From the NCBI GenBank assembly GCA_024637225.1, contig JAGXFP010000061.1, positions 1,217 through 65,216 of the forward strand: a stretch of DNA of 64,000 nucleotides. Reading direction: 5' to 3'. The stretch's first letter is position 1. Every line of letters begins with the position of its first letter. This stretch comes from Desulfobacterales bacterium. Its GTDB lineage: Bacteria; Desulfobacterota; Desulfobulbia; Desulfobulbales; JAGXFP01. Shown here piece after piece: positions 17,684 through 26,137 of this stretch. The translations under genes were made by a program, and so were the position numbers. The notes beneath the pieces are model-generated. The model was not told the origin of the DNA. It did not search any database and was given only the letters and a program-made list of their open reading frames with translations.

Positions 17684-17874
17684 TTAAAAAAAGGGTCATG
17701 CCTCGTTTTGACTCATGTTGCGCAATCTATTGATATTTAGAAGAAAAACGACCTCTTTTCCCATCGCCGCCAACCCCTAATCGTGAGTAACCCAGAATAG
17801 GCAGCGTTACCGGCTGAAAGGTCGGCATTCTTATTTCATTCAGTAAATCAGCGCTTGTTGAGCCCTGTAAAAAT

Positions 17875-18267
17875 TCAGTTTTTCAAGGCGACACTGACCA
17901 TCCGGCCGGCATCGTCGCGAAACCTGAGTTCACCCTCGACCTCGCCTTTGGCCAGCGGCCGGCCGAGCGCAAAAGAAATGGTCATCTTGCCGGGGTTCGG
18001 TTTGTTAAGCAGCCATTTCGCCACTCCGCCGGCCGGATCGTATGTTTTCAACTTCGGCTTCGAATCGATCATCTTGACCCCTTGGGGCAGGTTCTGGATA
18101 ACGATCACCAGCGATGGCGGCGGGGAGCCGATCTCAAGTTCTATTTCTATCCTCTCCCCAGCCCCTTGCAGGTAGCGGCCGGAAACCAATTCTTCCGCCC
18201 CGGCCGGGGAAGGGCCAAGCAGAACCCCCGTAAGCAAAAACGCCAACAGCAACCGATAAAAATCCAT
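17875..18267 (-). CDS. Secreted protein of unknown function
   Basis: Signal peptide MDFYRLLLAFLLTGVLLGPSPAGA. The ATG at 18267 is preceded by AGGAGAAG. Its domain resembles the periplasmic part of the upstream gene product. Confidence 0.6.
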   Translation of the reverse strand: MDFYRLLLAFLLTGVLLGPSPAGAEELVSGRYLQGAGERIEIELEIGSPPPSLVIVIQNLPQGVKMIDSKPKLKTYDPAGGVAKWLLNKPNPGKMTISFALGRPLAKGEVEGELRFRDDAGRMVSVALKN

Positions 18268-18287
18268 AGCCTCTTCTCCTGTAGAAT

Positions 18288-19241
18288 TCATTGCTTTACC
18301 TCGTAACGCCCCGCCTCGCCATTCCAGACATAGCCTTCCGCCGCCCAGATCTCATCAATCAGATCCCGGTTAAAATCAAAGCCCGCGACCCCGCTGAAAA
18401 GATCGTAGACCATCAGAATTTCCTCGTCGTCAATGCGCTGGTCCCGGTTGCGATCGGCCCAGTGAAACTCATCGACCCGCAAGCGGTTATCACCACCGAG
18501 ATCGGGCGAGGAGCCGGTCATCGGTCCGGCCAGGATCCTGCCGGAGAACACCAGTTCGCCTTTTTCCGAGGCCGGGGGGGCCTCGACCAGATAGGCAAAA
18601 AACTGCTTATCTCCCTCCAGCCGGGAAACCCATTTGACCTGCCCTTGGGATTTGTCGACGGAGGTGAATTCGGGCACCGCCGCAAGCAGCTCTGAGCCGG
18701 CAGGCAGATTTTCCTTGAGGAGCAGGGAGAAGGAGACCGGCTCGGACGCTTCGACCCGGATCAGGACCGGAAAAGGCTGGCCGGCAGGGACGTGGGGCGG
18801 CAGAATGCGGATTGCGTTAACCTTTGCCGGGGGCGGGGAAGAACTTGAATAATAACGGACCACCTGCAGAATCACCAGAACCAAGGCAACCAGGAGAATC
18901 ACCGAAAGATGGCGCTTCAAGCGGGGTGAGAGGGGCGGCAGGGCCGGATTGTCCGGCGGGCCGGGAGAAGCGGATTCATCCGTACCGGCCCCGCTTTCCC
19001 CCTCCACTTCGGAATCAAGAATTTCGGCCAGCTCCACCTCAAGGGCCGCGGCCAGCTTTTCGGCGTTTTCCCGCATGATCGAGGGATAGCGGCGGTTTTC
19101 CCAGCGGGAGATGGTGTCGGTGGTCACCCCGACGGAGGTGGCCATATAGAGCTGGGTCAAGCCTTGCCGTTCGCGAAGCTCCTTGACCCTGGCCCCGTCG
19201 ATCCGGACCATTATTCTGTTATAGTGCTCGTCGTCGTTCAT
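18288..19241 (-). CDS. Membrane-anchored HTH (XRE) protein with a periplasmic domain and an acidic Ca-binding-like segment
   Basis: LRERQGLTQLYMATSVGVTTDTISRWE HTH, a Pro-rich linker, TM helix SVILLVALVLVILQVV, and a C-terminal DRNRDQRIDDEE loop. Confidence 0.7.
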   Translation of the reverse strand: MNDDEHYNRIMVRIDGARVKELRERQGLTQLYMATSVGVTTDTISRWENRRYPSIMRENAEKLAAALEVELAEILDSEVEGESGAGTDESASPGPPDNPALPPLSPRLKRHLSVILLVALVLVILQVVRYYSSSSPPPAKVNAIRILPPHVPAGQPFPVLIRVEASEPVSFSLLLKENLPAGSELLAAVPEFTSVDKSQGQVKWVSRLEGDKQFFAYLVEAPPASEKGELVFSGRILAGPMTGSSPDLGGDNRLRVDEFHWADRNRDQRIDDEEILMVYDLFSGVAGFDFNRDLIDEIWAAEGYVWNGEAGRYEVKQ

Positions 19242-19500
19242 CAGCCGATCCCCTGTGTTTCATCCCATCCGATTGCAAATCCTAATAATAATTAGGCCGG
19301 AATGGCAACAGAAAATCCAGCCGGCGCCTGGAAAAAACCAGCTCGTGCCAAAATTGTCAAACGGCCAACCGGTTGAAATCATTAACATGTCGGGTAGACA
19401 TCACCCGATGTCACCTTTTTAGGATCTCTTTTTAAGCCTACCATGAAGACAACAGAAGGGGGAAATCCCCTTTTAACCATCCATGCAAGGAGGAGAAAAA

Positions 19501-19932
19501 ATGAAGAGCAAAGCAAGCATCGCCGCGATAATCACCACAGTTGTAGGTCTTGCCCTGGGAATCACCGCGGTCCAGGCCGAGGATCCGCTCAAGGCCCCGA
19601 CCGAACCGATCACGATCGACGGCAAAAAACCGGTACAGTTCGACCATGCCGTCCATCAAGAACTGGGGCTTGACTGCGCCGAATGCCATCATGACGGGGA
19701 GCACACCCCCCGCACCGCCGAGAACATTGCCGCCCTGTCGGACAGCGAAGTCCTGCAGTGCGCCACCTGCCATAACGAGGAATTCGCCAATCCGGAGTTG
19801 CGGGACCGGAAAACCGTTTTCCACGCCAACTGCCGGGAGTGCCATCAGGAGGGTGTCAATGGCAAAAAAGGTCCGACCAAATGCAGCGATTGCCATGTCA
19901 AGAAAGCCAGAAAAGCAATTGAAGGCTGCTAG
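19501..19932 (+). CDS. Tetraheme cytochrome c3-family protein
   Basis: AGGAGGAGAAAAA precedes the ATG at 19501. Signal peptide present. CAECH, CATCH, CRECH and CSDCH motifs. Confidence 0.88.
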   Translation: MKSKASIAAIITTVVGLALGITAVQAEDPLKAPTEPITIDGKKPVQFDHAVHQELGLDCAECHHDGEHTPRTAENIAALSDSEVLQCATCHNEEFANPELRDRKTVFHANCRECHQEGVNGKKGPTKCSDCHVKKARKAIEGC

Positions 19933-20185
19933 ACAGGGGGCCGGCCCGAAACCGGGAGGATGCCGGGAAAAGACCACGCGGATACTTTGGATACGCGGGT
20001 ACTTTCGGCCAAAAAGACCCTTTCTTACAGACACCAGCTGATTCTTCCCGCCAAGGGGACCGATGGTGGTTTCCAAACCAGGCAGGCGGTTAAGGCTCCA
20101 TTTCAGGAGTTTTAACCGCCTTTTCTTTGCCATATCAGCAAATAGGTTTATTATAATAACCCAAACTATAATCAATTTTCGGGAT

Positions 20186-20668
20186 ATGATAGTGGCCAGA
20201 AAAAAGAAAACCGTCCCCAGGCTCGACCGGGAAAACCTCTATACCGCCTTCGGGGCCGAGCCGGAAAAAAGCCCGGGCTTTTCCGAAGAACTGGAAAAGG
20301 ACCTGGCCCACAAGGATATAAAAGCGATTCTCAGGGAAAAAAGCGGAGAGGAAAAACCCCTCTCCGACCGGGAAAAACTGAAATCGTACCCTCCTCCCCA
20401 GGAAGAACTCGATCTGCATGGCCATACCGGCAGCGAGGCGGAAAGAAAGACCATGAATTTTCTCCGCCAGGCCGTCGCTCTGAACTTCAGCACCGTCCGG
20501 ATCATCACCGGCAAGGGGCTCCATTCGAACGGCCCCGCCGTGCTCCCCGATTTGGTCGAAACCCTGCTGAAAGAATTGCAGACCGAAAAACTGATCTTCG
20601 CCTTCGCCTGGGAAAAAAGGGAAAAACACCGGAGCGGCGCGGTAGTCGTCTATCTCCCTTTTCCGTAA
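20186..20668 (+). CDS. Smr-domain protein
   Basis: ELDLHGHTGSEAERKTMNFL...RIITGKGLHS Smr motif. I prefer the internal ATG at 20186 over the 20063 ORF start. Confidence 0.75.
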   Translation: MIVARKKKTVPRLDRENLYTAFGAEPEKSPGFSEELEKDLAHKDIKAILREKSGEEKPLSDREKLKSYPPPQEELDLHGHTGSEAERKTMNFLRQAVALNFSTVRIITGKGLHSNGPAVLPDLVETLLKELQTEKLIFAFAWEKREKHRSGAVVVYLPFP

Positions 20669-20789
20669 CTATCCAGCTTGATGCTAAAAACCACATAAAG
20701 GCAACTGGTGCGGTAGCACCGAAGGTGCAAGTGCACATAAGCAGGCCGACGACCCCGAAGATGCGCTCTGGTGTAAACAAATCCCGGTT

Positions 20790-21040
20790 AATCTCGGGTT
20801 AACTGTTTAGCAGTAGTGCAGATGCAAGGAAGAGGCTTGCGAAGTGTGCCGGTTGCCCATAAGCAGGCCGATGAATCTCGGGTTAACTGGCCGGCAGTAG
20901 TGCGGATGCAAGGAAGAGGCCTGCGAAGTGTGCCGGTTGCCCATAAGCAGGCCGATGAATCTCGGGTTAACTGGCCGGCAGTAGTGCGGATGCAAGGAAG
21001 AGGCCTGCGAAGTGTGCTGGTGCACATGAGCAGGCCGATG
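20790..21040. repeat. 84-bp tandem repeat, about three copies
   Basis: The unit aatctcgggttaactggccggcagtagtgcggatgcaaggaagaggcctgcgaagtgtgccggttgcccataagcaggccgatg starts at 20790, 20874 and 20958. Related half-units flank the array (20727-20789, 21035-21075). Confidence 0.9.
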
Positions 21041-21072
21041 ACGCCGCAGATGCGCTGCTGCCGGACAGTTAA

Positions 21073-21393
21073 CTAGATGGGCGGGGCGATGGTTACCAGA
21101 ATCCGCATGTCGGTGGTGGCCCTGACTCCGTGGGGCTCGATGATATCGCAGACCAGGATCTCGCCCTGGGCGGCGGGGATTTCGGCATTATCCTTGCCGA
21201 GGAAGAAACCCTCACCCTCGAGAACCTGGATCGACAGCTGGCCCTCCAGCTCGTGGGAATGAACCGGGAAGGTAACCCCGGCGGGAAGGTTAAAGTTGAT
21301 GATCCGGAACCAGGCGGAATCATGGATCAAAAACTTCTTCATGGCCTTCTCGGCAAATACCCTGGTTTCCTTCAAGTCGGTTTTATTCATCAT
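21073..21393 (-). CDS. Cupin-domain protein
   Basis: 106 aa. FPVHSHELEGQLSIQVLEGEG...HGV cupin metal-site pattern. Confidence 0.75.
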   Translation of the reverse strand: MMNKTDLKETRVFAEKAMKKFLIHDSAWFRIINFNLPAGVTFPVHSHELEGQLSIQVLEGEGFFLGKDNAEIPAAQGEILVCDIIEPHGVRATTDMRILVTIAPPI

Positions 21394-21589
21394 GGATTCG
21401 ATCTCCTCATTAAGTTTTCTCCCTTATCATCCCACATATGATGAGTTACAAACAAATTTTGATAGCGTCGCAAAAACTCGCCAAAAGATTAATGGAGCGC
21501 ACTTCGACAAGCTCAGCATGATCGCTAAATCAGCAAGTTGCCTTGCTAACCTGAGCCTGTCGTGCGGATTTCAAGAATCAGTTTAGGAG

Positions 21590-21985
21590 CGACCTGCGTC
21601 GTCACGGGGATGGCGACTTTTTGCGACGCAATTAACACCGGACAAGTTCGCAAAAAGTCGAAAAACGCTGTCATTTCGAACGAATGTGAGAAATCTTGTT
21701 CTTTAGCCCACTGGAACTATTAAAGCCGAGTTGAGCAGCTTGTCTGCTCGTACGAGACTTATGCCCTTGCGGTATAAGATATCTCCCGTTGTTCGAAATG
21801 ACATTATGGCAATTTCGCCTTTTTACGATGCAACTACAAACTCGTAAAATATCTCGGGATGGCTAAGCAAAAATCGTCAGATCCAAGGCGCGCGAATTTC
21901 GAGGAATGAAGCGTACTTCAGTACGCTGCAATGACGAGACAATTTGCAGCAACGCAGGAGCTGGCGATTTTTTGCGACGCCATCA
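21590..21985. repeat. Composite intergenic repeat region (MITE-like element plus one 140-bp family unit)
   Basis: 12-bp perfect inverted repeats gtcatttcgaac (21681-21692) and gttcgaaatgac (21793-21804) enclose the hairpin repeat at 21726-21766. The 140-bp family unit lies at 21856-21984. Confidence 0.8.
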
Positions 21986-23596
21986 ACTCTTGACCAGCAC
22001 CGTATCCTTCAACCAGTTAAGGTCATCGGCTGCCGGATGATCGACGTTATAGTGCAGCCCCCGGGACTCTTTGCGGATCATGGCGCAGCGCACGATCAGA
22101 TCGGCCAGCTGGGAGATATTGCGGAGCTCGACCAGATCGGGAGTGAGCAGGTAGTCCCGGTAATGCTGGTCGATCTCGGCGAGGAGCGGGGCCAGCCTGC
22201 TCTTGACCAGGGCCAGCCGTTTGTCGGAGCGGACGATGCCCACGTAGTTCCACATCAGGCGACGGATCTGGTCCCAGTTGTGGGTGATCAAAACGCACTC
22301 CTCAATCCGCTCGGCCCGGCCGACCCGCCAATCCCTGATCTCCAGAAACTGCAAGCCGCTGTTCTTCGGCCAGTCCGCCTCGCACTGCACGAAGGCCTGG
22401 TGGGCAAAAACCACCGCCTCCAGCAGGGAATTGCTGGCCAGTCGATTACCGCCGTGCAGGCCGGTACAGGCGGTTTCCCCGAAGGCGTAGAGGTTTTCGA
22501 TATTAGTCCTACCCATCTTGTCGGTTAGCACCCCGCCGCACATGTAGTGGGCCGCCGGCACTACCGGGATCGGCTCTTTGGTGATATCGATCCCGAAGCC
22601 GAGGCAGGTCTGGTAAATGTTGGGAAAGCGCTTGCGGACAAAATCCGCCGACAGGTGGGTGATATCGAGAAAGACGCAGTCATCGCCGCTGGCCTTCATC
22701 TCCGCATCGATGGCCCGGGCCACCATATCGCGGGTGGCCAGATCACCGCGGGGATCGTAGCTGTCCATGAAATGGCGGCCCTCTTTGTCGATCAACCTGC
22801 CGCCCTCGCCCCGCACCGCTTCCGAGATCAGAAAGTTTTTGGCCAGGGGATGGAACAGGCAGGTGGGGTGGAACTGAACAAACTCCAGGTTGGCAACCCT
22901 GGCCCCGGCCCGATAGGCCATGGCAATGCCGTCGCCGGTGGCGATATCGGGGTTGGTCGTGTAGAGGTAGACCTTGCCGGCCCCGCCGGTACAGAGCACC
23001 GTCACCCTGGCCTGCCAGGTGGTGACCACCCCGTCCGGCCCCAGGACATAAGCGCCCAGGCAGCGATCGTCATAAGATTGCCGGTTTTCGGGGGGAAAAC
23101 CGGTCTTGGAATGGAGCAGCAGATCGACGGCCAGATGATCCTCCAGCACGGTAATCCGGGGATTATCGGTCACGGCCCGCAATAGGGCCCGCTCGATTTC
23201 CTGACCCGAGCGGTCGTAGGAATGGGCGATCCGCCGTGCCGAATGGCCCCCCTCCCGGCCCAGATCGAGGCGGTCGGGATCTTTTTCGTCACGGCTGAAG
23301 GCAACCCCCAGTTCGAGCAACTCCCTGATCCGCTCCGGCCCTTTCTCGACCACCATTCGGACCACATCCTCATGGCAAAGACCGGCCCCGGAGATCAGGG
23401 TATCCCGGATATGCAGCTCGAAGGAGTCCTCACTGGACAGCACCGCGGCGATGCCGCCCTGGGCAAGGTTGGTGGCGGTGTTGACCTTATCCTTCTTGGT
23501 AATCAGGGTGACCTGCCCGAGCCGGGCCGCCTTGAGGGCAAAGGAGAGGCCGGCGATGCCGCTGCCGATAACCAGAAAATCGGTGGTGTAGTTCAT
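21983..23596 (-). CDS. nadB: L-aspartate oxidase
   Basis: MNYTTDFLVIGSGIAGLS FAD motif. Flavoprotein of the succinate-dehydrogenase/fumarate-reductase class of about 537 aa. I prefer the ATG at 23596. Confidence 0.9.
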   Translation of the reverse strand: MNYTTDFLVIGSGIAGLSFALKAARLGQVTLITKKDKVNTATNLAQGGIAAVLSSEDSFELHIRDTLISGAGLCHEDVVRMVVEKGPERIRELLELGVAFSRDEKDPDRLDLGREGGHSARRIAHSYDRSGQEIERALLRAVTDNPRITVLEDHLAVDLLLHSKTGFPPENRQSYDDRCLGAYVLGPDGVVTTWQARVTVLCTGGAGKVYLYTTNPDIATGDGIAMAYRAGARVANLEFVQFHPTCLFHPLAKNFLISEAVRGEGGRLIDKEGRHFMDSYDPRGDLATRDMVARAIDAEMKASGDDCVFLDITHLSADFVRKRFPNIYQTCLGFGIDITKEPIPVVPAAHYMCGGVLTDKMGRTNIENLYAFGETACTGLHGGNRLASNSLLEAVVFAHQAFVQCEADWPKNSGLQFLEIRDWRVGRAERIEECVLITHNWDQIRRLMWNYVGIVRSDKRLALVKSRLAPLLAEIDQHYRDYLLTPDLVELRNISQLADLIVRCAMIRKESRGLHYNVDHPAADDLNWLKDTVLVKS

Positions 23597-23937
23597 TCTG
23601 AAATATCCATTGCCATGGGGCTTGCTTTTAATAATATAGCGTTTATCTTTTTCAGGGAGCAAGCGCCTGCCTGAATGCGCCGCTTCACCTTTTTACCAGT
23701 ATCCTGAATCCGTGAGCGTTCGAGAACGCCGCAGATGCACCGTTATCGGGCGCCCCGCAGGGCGGCGGGTGTTCATGACGACCCAGGGAAAAACGATTAT
23801 TTGCTGCAATTACAAACCAATAAAGTAAAAATCACCACGAAGCCGTCACGGATTAAGGAATATACCCGGCCCGGCTTTTTTTACGAGAGCTTAAAAAAGC
23901 TTCGACGTCTCGGAACCTGACTTTTATACGGACAAAT

Positions 23938-24567
23938 ATGTCAAAACTTAAACTGATAATCTTCGATTGCGACGGGGTGATGTTCGACTCCAAAAACGCC
24001 AATCGCCATTTTTACAACCTGCTCCGCACCACCCTGAGCCATCCGCCGATGGATGAGGCGGAACTGGATTACGTCCACATGCACCATGTGACCGACTCGG
24101 TCAGCCATATCTTCCGCCACTGGCCGGACGAACTGGTAAAAGCCCACCAATTACGGCAAAGTCTGGATTACAAGGATTTCATCAAGCACATGACCATCGA
24201 GCCGGATCTGGTCGAATTTCTCGAACTGATCACCCCGAATTACCGGACGGCGATCAGCACCAACCGGACCACGACCATGTCCACCCTGCTGGACCTTTTC
24301 GATCTGCGCAAACATTTCGGCCTGGTGGTCACCGCCATGGATGTGGAAAATTCCAAGCCCCACCCGGAGGCCCTGCACAAGATCCTCGAGCATTTCTCGA
24401 TGACGGCGGAGGAGAGCATCTTTATCGGCGACTCGACCGTCGACTTTGAACACGCCGCCGGAGTCGGCATGCGGCTGATCGCCTTCAAAAATCCGGAGCT
24501 GGCGGCCGACTACCACGTCAGCAGCTTCATGGAAATTGCCGGGCTGCCGATTTTCGGGCGGGATTGA
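23938..24567 (+). CDS. HAD-superfamily hydrolase (phosphatase)
   Basis: IIFDCDGVMFDS motif I, STNR motif II, and KP...GDSTVD motifs III/IV. Confidence 0.85.
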   Translation: MSKLKLIIFDCDGVMFDSKNANRHFYNLLRTTLSHPPMDEAELDYVHMHHVTDSVSHIFRHWPDELVKAHQLRQSLDYKDFIKHMTIEPDLVEFLELITPNYRTAISTNRTTTMSTLLDLFDLRKHFGLVVTAMDVENSKPHPEALHKILEHFSMTAEESIFIGDSTVDFEHAAGVGMRLIAFKNPELAADYHVSSFMEIAGLPIFGRD

Positions 24568-24597
24568 TCCGTAAAGGACCCGGCGGCTCTGTCTTTC

Positions 24598-24716
24598 TGC
24601 GCCACCGAAAAATCGTCAGAGCCAAGGCGCGCAAATTTCGTCAGGCCCGGCACGAACGTTAAATCGATAAAACTTGAGTTGAGCAGCTTGTCTGCTCGTA
24701 CGAAACTTATGTGCCG
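24598..24716. repeat. Partial 140-bp-family unit followed by the hairpin repeat
   Basis: aaaaatcgtcagagccaaggcgcgcaaatttcg... (24609 onward) and gagttgagcagcttgtctgctcgtacgaaacttatgtgcc (24676-24715). Confidence 0.75.
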
Positions 24717-24839
24717 CGAAGCAAATGCAAGGGAGGATTGAACAGAACCCTTGGGGTGCCCCGTGGGTACACGGTTTGTTCCGCTCATCCCGAGCCGCCT
24801 GTCAAGGGAAGGCTTTTTCCGACTTTTTGCGAGAGGCCA

Positions 24840-25088
24840 TCAATGGTGATGATGGTGATGTCCTTCCTGGGAAGAACCACCCAGCTTTTCGAGCACTTCG
24901 GCTAGGACCTTGCCGGATTTTTCCATGGCCGTTACCGCTTTCCCCAGCAGTTCAACGACTTCGCGGTCGGCCTCTTCATCCGCCACGACCTGGCGCCATT
25001 TGATAAACTCGGCGATGTGATTGTTATTGTGCTCTATCCAGTGCGGCAGCAGAATCCGCAATTTCTCAACTCCCGTTTTCTCGCTCAT
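24840..25088 (-). CDS. Small helical protein with a native C-terminal His6 tract (putative metal-binding protein)
   Basis: 82 aa ending ...QEGHHHHHH, encoded by mixed CAT/CAC codons. Lies downstream of the CooT-like gene on the same strand. Confidence 0.6.
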   Translation of the reverse strand: MSEKTGVEKLRILLPHWIEHNNNHIAEFIKWRQVVADEEADREVVELLGKAVTAMEKSGKVLAEVLEKLGGSSQEGHHHHHH

Positions 25089-25140
25089 CTAAAATTTTCC
25101 TCCCTCTGTCAAGTTACCGATATCCGGCCCTGCCTGGTGA

Positions 25141-25335
25141 TCAACGGTTGGCCAGAAACACCTTGTTATTCATAAAATCGATCCTGACTACCTTCACCCC
25201 CTTCACCACCAGCGGCGGATCGAACAGGGAGCTGATCTCAACCACGTCCTCCTTGACCTCCAGGGTACTGGCGTTCTCGGTCAGCAGCTCTTCGGACTGA
25301 TCTACCTTTTCCAACATGACACTCATCTGACACAT
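25141..25335 (-). CDS. cooT: CooT-family nickel-binding protein
   Basis: 64 aa starting with MC (Cys2). Length and the ...LFDPP...V.RIDFMNNKVFL pattern resemble CooT. Confidence 0.6.
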   Translation of the reverse strand: MCQMSVMLEKVDQSEELLTENASTLEVKEDVVEISSLFDPPLVVKGVKVVRIDFMNNKVFLANR

Positions 25336-25523
25336 TTTTTCACCTAATTAAAATTATGAATTCGCAAAAAGTCTGGGGATGGCGCCACGACCCGGTAGAT
25401 CGGATTTTTTGTAACGCCATCAAGCAATTATTTGTCGCCTTTCCTGTAGCCATTAATTAAAAATATATTCAGAGCATAGCAAAAAAAACGCCGCCGCAGA
25501 AGAAACTTTGCCGTGAGGACCAC

Positions 25524-25922
25524 ATGGAAAATCTCGAAATCAGCAGAATTCTCAAGGATTACCGGAACATCGCCGTCGTCGGCCTCTCCCCCAAAAGCGC
25601 GCGGCCCAGCCACCAGGTGGCCGCCTACCTGATCGAGGCCGGCTACAATATCGTGCCGGTCAACCCCGGCCACGACCGGATCCTGGGCAGAAAGTGCTAT
25701 CCGAATCTCGAATCGATCCCCGAACCGATCGAGATCGTCGATATCTTCCGGAGACCGGAAGACGTGGCGCCCATCGTTCGCGAGGCCGTAAAGATCGGGG
25801 CCAAGGTCGTCTGGATGCAGGAGGGCATCGTTAACCGGGAGGCTGCGGCCATCGCCGCAGAAGCGGGACTGACCGTGGTCATGGACCGCTGCCTGAAAAA
25901 AGACCACCTGAATCTGGCCTGA
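25524..25922 (+). CDS. CoA-binding domain protein (YccU/YneT-like)
   Basis: 132 aa. NIAVVGLSPKSARPSHQVAAYL...VNP...IVDIFRR...VWMQ pattern. Confidence 0.8.
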   Translation: MENLEISRILKDYRNIAVVGLSPKSARPSHQVAAYLIEAGYNIVPVNPGHDRILGRKCYPNLESIPEPIEIVDIFRRPEDVAPIVREAVKIGAKVVWMQEGIVNREAAAIAAEAGLTVVMDRCLKKDHLNLA

Positions 25923-25996
25923 GCCGGGTTAAAAGGGAGCGGGCGGCATCTTTATCGCCTCCGGCCGTTCTGTCTGAAGGGAACTCTTCACGCTTC

Positions 25997-26025
25997 TTGA
26001 CTTTTAAGGTTATTTTAGCTAAATT
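25997..26025 (+). promoter_or_regulatory. Candidate sigma70-type promoter upstream of hisS
   Basis: TTGACT (25997-26002), 17-nt spacer, TAAATT (26020-26025). The same cttcttgactttt context recurs at 47871. Confidence 0.35.
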
Positions 26026-26137
26026 CACCCGCTTTCCCCTTCCAGGCTAATTATCTGAAGTTCCATGGGAAGAACGTTGCGGCAATGGCGCCGTCAAAGT
26101 CCGGCAGTGAAAATTTTTATCCGATCGAGGTTGTAAA

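Larger units (their letters stand above)
7250..17870. mobile_element. AT-rich genomic island carrying defence and toxin-antitoxin modules (no integrase seen)
   Basis: Abrupt, visible drop in GC relative to both flanks (not computed). Contains CBASS, an RloA/RloB pair, an IS30 remnant and three TA modules. Short related motifs lie at both edges (7326-7346, 17647-17683). Confidence 0.65.

Noticed and set aside
7250-17870. Island as a chromosomal integron cassette array, with junction motifs acting as attC sites
   Set aside because: There is no IntI-type integrase or attI nearby. The modules are in mixed orientations and several are multigene operons. The longest junction repeats are clearly homologous to the sequence downstream of the IS30 transposase stop rather than to attC R''/R' (RYYYAAC/GTTRRRY) structures.
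7250-17870. Prophage or ICE
   Set aside because: No capsid, terminase, tail, replication, conjugation or relaxase genes are present. The content is limited to defence, TA and IS fragments.
19438-20175. 245-aa ORF on the minus strand
   Set aside because: It is antisense to the well-supported tetraheme cytochrome c3 gene and the 5' end of the Smr gene. No motif is present.
20790-21040. Possible CRISPR array (also considered for 30365-30722)
   Set aside because: The repeat units are contiguous at 84 and 140 bp with no unique spacers between them. No cas genes are in the window.
20788-21076. 72-86 aa ORFs on both strands within the 84-bp repeat array
   Set aside because: Their sequences are simply the repeat unit translated three times (…SQASSLHPHYCRPVNPRFIGLLMGNRHT… repeated). 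No RBS or start context is present.
24840-24863. C-terminal HHHHHH as a sign of cloning-vector or expression-tag contamination
   Set aside because: There is no vector, linker or protease-site sequence around it. The codons alternate CAT/CAC. The flanking sequence is native GC-rich DNA containing the genome's own dispersed repeat. A natural His-rich tail next to a CooT-like gene is biologically sensible.
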